Shown here piece by piece: positions 20,204-26,436 of a stretch of DNA of 64,000 nucleotides. Each line of letters opens with the position of its first letter. The stretch's first letter is position 1. The DNA lies in assembly GCA_036514995.1 (NCBI GenBank), contig DATBWB010000166.1, forward strand, positions 3,165 to 67,164. Reading direction: 5' to 3'. The translations under genes and the position numbers were made by a program. The notes beneath the pieces are model-generated. The model was not told the origin of the DNA and searched no databases. It saw nothing but the letters and a program-made list of their open reading frames with translations. The DNA is from Candidatus Acidiferrales bacterium. Its GTDB lineage: Bacteria > Acidobacteriota > Terriglobia > Acidiferrales > DATBWB01.

Positions 20204-21376
20204 TTACTTATCCGTTCGCTTGGCGACCGGCCGGGCCACCGGACGCTGGGCAGTGGCGGGCACCTCCGTAGCGCGGCCACCGCCAGCGGCTCCGTTCTGG
20301 CGCTGTTCAGGATGGGAACCACCGGCAACGGGGATGAGCGCGCCTTCTGCTTCTCTGAGGAAGATAAGAGCCCCGCGATCGGAATCAAAGTCCACCCGGA
20401 CCAGATCGCCAAGACGGACCTGTCGGGTGGCCAGGAGATTGGCTAGCGGATAGATGAGGTGACGCTCGATGGCTCGCTTCAGGTGGCGGGCGCCATACTT
20501 AACATCGGTGCCCTCGCGCAGGAGAAAGGTGCGAGCCGCCGGAGTGCACCGAAAGACAAACTGGTCCTGAGTGGTGGCTGAAAGGACCCGCTGTTGCACG
20601 CGTTCGAGTTCAATATCGAGGACCATTTCGAGGTGTTCAGGCCGAAGAGGATGAAAAACGACCATCTTGTCAATGCGGTTGACGAACTCAGGTGAGAATT
20701 TTCGTTTGGCGGCCTCCACGGCCGTCCGTTCAATTTTGGTGTCAAGCTCGTCGGTCACGCTGATGGGGGGTTGGGCAAAGCCAATACCGCCGGTCATGAG
20801 CTCAGACATTTCTGGGGCGCCGAGGTTCGAGGTCATGAAGATAACGGCCTGGGAGAGGTCGACCCGGCGGTTGTCGCCCAGGGTGAGTGTGGCCTTATCC
20901 AAGATGCCCAGCAACAATTGCCAGAGCGCATCGCTGGCCTTTTCGATTTCGTCGAAAAGCAACAGGGAGAGCTTCAAGCGATCGGTGTGGTATTGAGCGA
21001 GCGCTTCCTGGGTAATAAGCGGATGGGTCTCGCGGTGGCCAAGGTAACCGGGCGGCGAACCGATGAGCTTGGCAATTTCGTGGCTGTGCTGGAACTCGGC
21101 ACAATCCACCTTCATGGCGGCGCGGATGTCGCCAAAGAGAATCTCGGCCATGGCCTCGACAATGCGGGTCTTGCCAGAACCGGTAGGCCCAAGAAAGAGC
21201 AGATTGGCAACCGGTCGAGCGGGTGAATTCAATCCGGCGCGAAAAACCTGATAAACCTCGACCGCGGAGCGGACGGCCTCTTCCTGGCCAACGATGTTGC
21301 GCCGCAGAGCGACCTCAAATTCCTGAGATTCAGGACTACGGCGACTCGGATCAAGTTGGAAGCCAATGCCGGCCAT
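20204..21376 (-). CDS. single-AAA-module Clp ATPase (ClpA/ClpC D2-type plus D2-small domain), with IGF loop
   Basis: IVGQEEAV, Walker A GPTGSGKT, Walker B LLLFDEIEKA, MTSNLGA, PEFVNRIDKMVVFHPL and GARHLKRAIE. GGIGFAQPP sits where ClpA has SIGLIHQ and ClpC has YVGFN. There is no N-domain, D1 or middle domain. Confidence 0.85.
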   Translation of the reverse strand: MAGIGFQLDPSRRSPESQEFEVALRRNIVGQEEAVRSAVEVYQVFRAGLNSPARPVANLLFLGPTGSGKTRIVEAMAEILFGDIRAAMKVDCAEFQHSHEIAKLIGSPPGYLGHRETHPLITQEALAQYHTDRLKLSLLLFDEIEKASDALWQLLLGILDKATLTLGDNRRVDLSQAVIFMTSNLGAPEMSELMTGGIGFAQPPISVTDELDTKIERTAVEAAKRKFSPEFVNRIDKMVVFHPLRPEHLEMVLDIELERVQQRVLSATTQDQFVFRCTPAARTFLLREGTDVKYGARHLKRAIERHLIYPLANLLATRQVRLGDLVRVDFDSDRGALIFLREAEGALIPVAGGSHPEQRQNGAAGGGRATEVPATAQRPVARPVAKRTDK

Positions 21377-21382
21377 GCCCTC

Positions 21383-21817
21383 TTAACGCCAGGAGCGGCC
21401 CTCCCACTCGCTAGGATGCTTGCAGCGCCGGCAGCGCTGCAAGGTGACATTGATGGTTCCGCGCAAATGCTTCAGATGCAAGAGAATTTCATTGCCCTGG
21501 GGCGAGTCCGCGGCGGGTTGGATAGCGCGGCGATCGAGCTCAGAAAAATCGCGCTCGAGAGAACGAGGCATGTCGCGCATCTCTCGGAGAGGCGCGCGCC
21601 GATGGGGAAGCAACCGGGGGCGGGGGGAAGCGGCGGCTCGGAGTTTGTGCCAAACGATGCGGAGGTTGGGGTATTTGCGACGGACGGGGCGAACGGTCGC
21701 TTGCGTAATTTCTGGCCGCGAACCAAGACAGGCGAGATAAAGCTGACGCACCCTACCCTCGTTTCGAATGTTATGGAGCAGATAGTGCGAGCGTCCTTTG
21801 CGGCGAAGAAATGCCAT
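21383..21817 (-). CDS. hypothetical Arg-rich basic protein with C-terminal H-x2-H-x11-C-x2-C-x-H motif
   Basis: 144 aa from ATG 21817 (MAFLRRKGRSHYLLHNIRNEGRVRQLYLA...). A TTGACC-17-TACACT promoter lies at 21836-21864 on the minus strand. The stop is 6 nt before, and in frame with, the Clp ATPase start. Composition is Arg-rich, so a shadow-ORF artefact is not excluded. Confidence 0.45.
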   Translation of the reverse strand: MAFLRRKGRSHYLLHNIRNEGRVRQLYLACLGSRPEITQATVRPVRRKYPNLRIVWHKLRAAASPRPRLLPHRRAPLREMRDMPRSLERDFSELDRRAIQPAADSPQGNEILLHLKHLRGTINVTLQRCRRCKHPSEWEGRSWR

Positions 21818-21925
21818 GACCCGTTTCCAGGGTGTAGTGTACGTACGTTGCACTATAGGGTCAATGAGAAGAGCGTATCTGATCAAAAGTTGTTTCCTGG
21901 CAGTACATGTTGTAGAAGGGAGGAG

Positions 21926-22252
21926 ATGTCCTGGTCAGCGGTCTATCGGCTAGTGAAGAGAATTCCTCGCGGACAAGTGACCAGTTACGCGGCCATCGCC
22001 AAGAAACTGCGGCTGCGAGGCGGCGCCCGGAGCGCGGGCCGGGCCATGTCGGCTTGCCCACGCGGGCTGGGGATTCCGTGGCATCGAGTGGTGGCTACCG
22101 ACGGGCGCATCTTGACTGGTGGACCGCATGGAGCGCTGCAGAAGCGGATGCTCGAAAGCGAGGGAGTAGGCGTGTCGCAAGGACGAGTCGATATGGGCCA
22201 ATTTGGGTGGTGGCCGGAGGCAAAGCAGCACCGGAAGCGGGCACAAATGTAA
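21926..22252 (+). CDS. alkyltransferase-like protein (ATL; MGMT DNA-binding fold with Trp in place of the catalytic Cys)
   Basis: 108 aa. The motif GIPWHRVV replaces the MGMT motif IPCHRVV, as in E. coli YbaZ (PWHRVV). An upstream helix-turn-helix block is GQVTSYAAIAKKL. A GGGAGGAG SD precedes ATG 21926. It is the C-terminal part of ORF 21356..22252. Confidence 0.8.
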   Translation: MSWSAVYRLVKRIPRGQVTSYAAIAKKLRLRGGARSAGRAMSACPRGLGIPWHRVVATDGRILTGGPHGALQKRMLESEGVGVSQGRVDMGQFGWWPEAKQHRKRAQM

Positions 22253-22253
22253 A

Positions 22254-22281
22254 TTGTCTGGTGGGAGCGCTATGCTATAAT
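22254..22281 (+). promoter_or_regulatory. putative promoter (TTGTCT-16-TATAAT) giving a ~200-nt leader upstream of ilvE
   Basis: TTGTCT at 22254-22259 and TATAAT at 22276-22281, immediately after the ATL stop. Confidence 0.35.
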
Positions 22282-22491
22282 CCGCGTCGGCCGGAGCAGA
22301 GCCGATAAAGCGAGGGGCGGCTGCGTTTTCCAGGCTACGGTTGAAATGTCCCCGAGACAGTGGGAGGCCAACCCTGCGCTCCGCAAAGCTCGCCTCTGGA
22401 CTTTCGGGGATTCAAGTCCATTCCATTCAAGTGGTCAAACATCGCTTTTGATCGTTTTTGATCAGCGCAGCTTCGTGTGGGGTGAATCTTT

Positions 22492-23436
22492 ATGCCGATA
22501 AAAAAGACGGAGAAGATATGGCATAACGGCAAGTTCGTTGCGTGGGAGGACGCCACCGTTCACGTGCTCTCGCACGTCATCAACTACGGGTCATGCCTCT
22601 TTGAGGGTATCCGCTGCTATGCCACCGCGCAGGGGCCGGCGATTTTCCGTGTGAAAGAGCACACGCAGCGTCTTCTGAATTCCTGCAAAATTTACCGCAT
22701 TGAGCTGGCCTACGGTCGCGACGAGTTATGTCAAGCGATGGCGGAGTTGGTGCGAGTCAACCGTATGCCGGCCTGCTATCTCCGCCCTTTGGTGATGCGA
22801 GGCTACGGCGAAGTGGGAGTGAACCCATTTCATAGCCCCATTGAAGTCTATATCGCTTGCTGGGAGTGGGGCGGGTATTTGGGCGAGGAGGCCGTGGAGC
22901 AAGGCGTGGACGTGTGCATCTCATCTTGGGCGCGAATCGCACCCAATACCTTGCCGGCACTGGCAAAAGCGGCTGCGAATTACATGAACTCCCAACTGAT
23001 CAAGATGGAGGCGATTGTCAACGGTTTTTCCGAGGGCATCGCGCTCGATGTAAACGGCTATGTGAGTGAAGGCAGCGGCGAGAATGTCTTTTTGGTGCGG
23101 GACGGCGTGGTGTACACGACGTCGCTGGCCAATTCGGTCCTGCCGGGGATAACGCGAGATACCGTGTTGGTGCTCTGCCGTGACCTTGGCATTGCCATCC
23201 GGGAGGAGGCCATCCCGCGCGAAGCGCTCTATATCGCCGACGAAGTTTTCTTCTCCGGAACGGCCGCCGAGATCACGCCCATCCGGAGCGTGGATAAAGT
23301 AAAGGTGGGAAAGGGAACGCGCGGGCCGATTACCAAGGCTCTTCAGGATGAATTCTTTGCGCTAACGAGAGGCAGAAAAGAAGACCGTCATGGGTGGCTC
23401 AGCCCCGTCGGGCAACCAGTGGCTGCGGCGAGATAA
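22492..23436 (+). CDS. ilvE: branched-chain amino acid aminotransferase
   Basis: IWHNGKFVAWEDATVHVLSHVINYGSCLFEGIRCY, AAKAAANYMNS and PGITRDTV are class IV aminotransferase blocks. Confidence 0.95.
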   Translation: MPIKKTEKIWHNGKFVAWEDATVHVLSHVINYGSCLFEGIRCYATAQGPAIFRVKEHTQRLLNSCKIYRIELAYGRDELCQAMAELVRVNRMPACYLRPLVMRGYGEVGVNPFHSPIEVYIACWEWGGYLGEEAVEQGVDVCISSWARIAPNTLPALAKAAANYMNSQLIKMEAIVNGFSEGIALDVNGYVSEGSGENVFLVRDGVVYTTSLANSVLPGITRDTVLVLCRDLGIAIREEAIPREALYIADEVFFSGTAAEITPIRSVDKVKVGKGTRGPITKALQDEFFALTRGRKEDRHGWLSPVGQPVAAAR

Positions 23437-23494
23437 GAGAGGCACACGGCGGTCGGACGAGTTTCGACGATCCAACCCAAAGTGCTCCAGGGGT

Positions 23495-23524
23495 TTGACA
23501 AAGCTTCAAGGTTGGCCCTAGACT
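23495..23524 (+). promoter_or_regulatory. putative promoter (TTGACA-18-TAGACT) upstream of aquaporin gene
   Basis: TTGACA at 23495-23500 and TAGACT at 23519-23524. This leaves a leader of about 150 nt before ATG 23681. Confidence 0.35.
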
Positions 23525-23680
23525 CCTGCGAGTCCCCGGCAGTGTTCCACCTTGGTTTCCAGGGAAAGAGCTGGCATGTAAGTTTGCGTTCGCTTGGGCG
23601 CAAGAACCCCAGCTCGCGTTGGGGCGAGGCGGCTCCGTCCGCCTCTACTGGCGAGCGAGCGTGATTCCAGGAGGAAATCC

Positions 23681-24364
23681 ATGGCTGAAACAGTGAGGAA
23701 AGGAATCGCTGAGCTGATCGGAACAATGGCGCTCATCTTTATCGGCGCTGGTTCTATCTGTGCGAACAATATGGTGGATTGGAAGATCGGCCCGGTAGGG
23801 ATCGCGCTTGCGCACGGCTTGACGATCGCCGTGATGGTAAGCGCGCTTGGGCACATCTCCGGTGGTCATTTCAACCCGGCCATAACGATAGGGATATGGG
23901 TGGCTCGAAAGATTTCGACGGGTCAGGCGCTGGCCTACTGGATATTCCAACTGGCGGGCGGAGTGCTGGGAGCGTGGCTGCTGACTCGGGTCTTTCCCAC
24001 TGAGATATGGCGCGCCGTCACGCTGGGCACCCCTGACCTGGGGCAAGGTATCACGCGTGGACCGGGCATTCTGGCCGAGGCGCTGATGACCTTCTTCCTG
24101 GTGTTCGTCGTTTTTGCGACAGCGATTGATGGGCGGGGCGCCTTCAAGGCAATAGCGGGGTTCGGCATCGGCTTGACGATCACGTTCGACATCTTGGCGG
24201 GCGGTCCCTTGACCGGCGCCTCGATGAACCCGGCGCGAAGTTTCGGTCCGGCGCTGATCACGCGCCATTGGGCCAATCATGCCGTCTATTGGGTTGGGCC
24301 GTTGCTCGGGGGTGTGATAGCCGGGGCCCTCTACTCGACTCTTTTCCTGGAGAAAGGAAAGTAA
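23681..24364 (+). CDS. aqpZ: MIP-family channel (aquaporin Z-like)
   Basis: Two NPA boxes (HISGGHFNPAIT and GASMNPARS) and six TM segments. An AGGAGGA SD precedes ATG 23681, inside ORF 23594..24364. Confidence 0.92.
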   Translation: MAETVRKGIAELIGTMALIFIGAGSICANNMVDWKIGPVGIALAHGLTIAVMVSALGHISGGHFNPAITIGIWVARKISTGQALAYWIFQLAGGVLGAWLLTRVFPTEIWRAVTLGTPDLGQGITRGPGILAEALMTFFLVFVVFATAIDGRGAFKAIAGFGIGLTITFDILAGGPLTGASMNPARSFGPALITRHWANHAVYWVGPLLGGVIAGALYSTLFLEKGK

Positions 24365-24550
24365 GGAAGAGCAAATCGTATCAACGCCCCGCTTGCGGCT
24401 ATGGGCCTGAATCCTTAAGAGTTAGTCCTGTTATCTCGTTTGACAATTGCCGCCAGGAGGAGCTTGTCTTTCGGCCGTAGTTCTGGTAGCTTTTAATAAC
24501 CCTGCCCTGCTGCTGTCCCCTCAAGTGAATCACCCGACCAGGAGCTCTTC

Positions 24551-25696
24551 ATGCCGACTACCATCGACGACTTGCTGCGCATTGCTGTGGAGCGCAAGGC
24601 GTCTGACCTTCACCTAAAGGTGGGTAACTATCCCTACCTGAGGATTGAGGGTGTGTTGACGCCGCTCACCGAGCTTTCCCGGGTGACGCCGGAGGAAATG
24701 CTTTCGATGGCGTTCAGCATGCTGAGCAACCGGCAGAAGCAAAAGTTCAAAGAGACAGCCGAACTAGACATGGCCTACGGGGTTGTGGGGTTGGGGCGGT
24801 TCCGCGTGAGTATCTTTCAACAGCGCGGAAATGTGGGGATGGTTCTGCGCGTCATCCCGACTAAGATTCGAGGATTTGAAGAACTCCATCTCCCCCGTGT
24901 GCTGGAGACGATTTGTGATGAAACGCGGGGTCTCACGCTGGTGACAGGAACGACGGGTAGCGGCAAGTCAACGACGCTGGCCGCCATGGTTGACCGGATC
25001 AATTCGACCCGCTCCGAGCACATCATCACGATCGAAGATCCCATCGAATTCCTGCACCGCGACAAGAAGAGTTTTGTCAACCAGCGCGAGGTGGAGGTGG
25101 ACACGGCGGGGTTTGCGACGGCGCTGCGGGCAGCGTTGCGCCAGGACCCGGACGTGATCCTGGTAGGTGAAATGCGCGACCTCGAAACCATCTCCACGGC
25201 GTTGCTGGCGGCCGAAACGGGTCACTTGGTGATGTCCACGTTACACACGATGGACGCAACTGAGACCATCCAACGTATCATTGCCGTGTATCCACCACCC
25301 GAACAGAAGCAGGTGCGACTGCAGCTTGCCGCCACGGTGAAGGCAGTCCTCTCCCAGCGACTGGTGCGGCGCTGCGACGGTATGAGCCGGGTGCCAGCCG
25401 TCGAAGTGCTGGTTTCGACGTCCTACATTCAGGATTGCATAATCAATCCTGATAGGACGCGGTTGATTCGAGACGCCATATCAGCCGGCACTTCGCAGTA
25501 TGGCATGCAGTCCTTTGACCAATCGCTGTTTGAACTCCAGAGCGCGGGTTTGATTACCTATGAGGAAGCGCTCCGGCATGCTTCGAACCCGGACGACTTC
25601 AAACTGCGCATGCAGGGCATCCGGTCGGCGGCGGACGCGGCGCGCGAGGAGATGGAACGGACGATCCGCGAATTCGAGCGGATGTCGAAGCGTTAG
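24551..25696 (+). CDS. pilT: type IV pilus retraction ATPase (PilT/PilU family)
   Basis: ASDLHLKVG, Walker A GTTGSGKSTTLAAM, IITIEDPIEF, ALRQDPDVILVGEMRD and GHLVMSTLHT. Confidence 0.92.
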   Translation: MPTTIDDLLRIAVERKASDLHLKVGNYPYLRIEGVLTPLTELSRVTPEEMLSMAFSMLSNRQKQKFKETAELDMAYGVVGLGRFRVSIFQQRGNVGMVLRVIPTKIRGFEELHLPRVLETICDETRGLTLVTGTTGSGKSTTLAAMVDRINSTRSEHIITIEDPIEFLHRDKKSFVNQREVEVDTAGFATALRAALRQDPDVILVGEMRDLETISTALLAAETGHLVMSTLHTMDATETIQRIIAVYPPPEQKQVRLQLAATVKAVLSQRLVRRCDGMSRVPAVEVLVSTSYIQDCIINPDRTRLIRDAISAGTSQYGMQSFDQSLFELQSAGLITYEEALRHASNPDDFKLRMQGIRSAADAAREEMERTIREFERMSKR

Positions 25697-25824
25697 CTTG
25701 GTGCTGCACGAGCCTGAAATTCCGATTTGAGAAACCTGCCAAGGCATGCTTCCCTCCTACTCCGCAAGTGTACAAGCCCGCCAATTTCCTCCAGAACAGG
25801 CCATTCCACAGCAGCACCGCTCCT

Positions 25825-25853
25825 TTGACGAGACGGGTTCCGGCCGTTATAGT
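25825..25853 (+). promoter_or_regulatory. putative promoter of recX-alaS (TTGACG-17-TATAGT)
   Basis: TTGACG at 25825-25830 and TATAGT at 25848-25853, 40 nt upstream of ATG 25894. Confidence 0.4.
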
Positions 25854-25893
25854 GCTGGCTTGCCATGCGGGCGACATAGGTGGCGAGAGCGGT

Positions 25894-26436
25894 ATGAGCT
25901 TGAGAGGACGAGGGGACCCGAGGCCAGGGAAGAAGCTCAACGAAGAGAAGCTGTACACGTACGGCCTGCGAGCGCTAACGCGCCAGCCGCGATCCACCTT
26001 TCAGCTCAAAAAAGCGCTTGAGAAGAGGGCGGAGGAGCCCCGGTTTGTGAGCCGGGTGATTGCCCAGCTCAAGGGTCTCGGCTATTTGGATGACCGGCGC
26101 TTTGCCTCGGAGTTTGCCAGCTACCGCTCGCGCGTCAAACACTACGGAAAATTCCGAGTGACCCGTGAGCTGAGATCGAAGGGCTTGTCAGACGAGTACG
26201 TCGAAAAGGCCATAGCAGAAGTTTTTGGTGATCAGGATGAAGGGGAGGCGGTACGCGAGCGCATCGCGCGAAAATTGCGAAATGTTCGGCGGCCTTACGA
26301 TGGAAAGACCATTCGCAGGCTGTACCAAGCTTTGTTGCGAGCCGGATATAGTTCTGACATAATAGGGAGGGAAGTCTATAAGTTAAGCAAAATCAACGTA
26401 GAAGACTTGAAGCTTGAGGGTGAAACAAGCGAGTGA
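25894..26436 (+). CDS. recX: recombination regulator RecX
   Basis: 180 aa from MSLRGRG. It shows the RecX repeat pattern (YGLRALTRQPRSTFQLKKAL, LGYLDDRRFA) and the conserved recX-alaS synteny. Confidence 0.8.
   Translation: MSLRGRGDPRPGKKLNEEKLYTYGLRALTRQPRSTFQLKKALEKRAEEPRFVSRVIAQLKGLGYLDDRRFASEFASYRSRVKHYGKFRVTRELRSKGLSDEYVEKAIAEVFGDQDEGEAVRERIARKLRNVRRPYDGKTIRRLYQALLRAGYSSDIIGREVYKLSKINVEDLKLEGETSE

Noticed and set aside
21356-21925. The N-terminal 190 aa of ORF 21356..22252, which would make the ATL protein 298 aa long.
   Set aside because: Only the last 108 aa match the MGMT/ATL fold, and they have their own SD and ATG at 21926. The upstream part is low-complexity and overlaps the minus-strand gene and the end of the Clp ATPase gene.
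22346-22500. A 51-codon ORF inside the ilvE leader, considered as a possible attenuation leader peptide.
   Set aside because: It has no SD and no run of Ile/Leu/Val codons, and it reads into the ilvE start. It is more likely non-coding.
23572-23587. A sigma54-type promoter TGGCAT-N5-TTTGC upstream of aqpZ.
   Set aside because: The GG-to-GC spacing is one nucleotide longer than the strict -24/-12 consensus, and no enhancer-binding-protein gene is nearby. It is kept only as a remark in the aqpZ leader finding.
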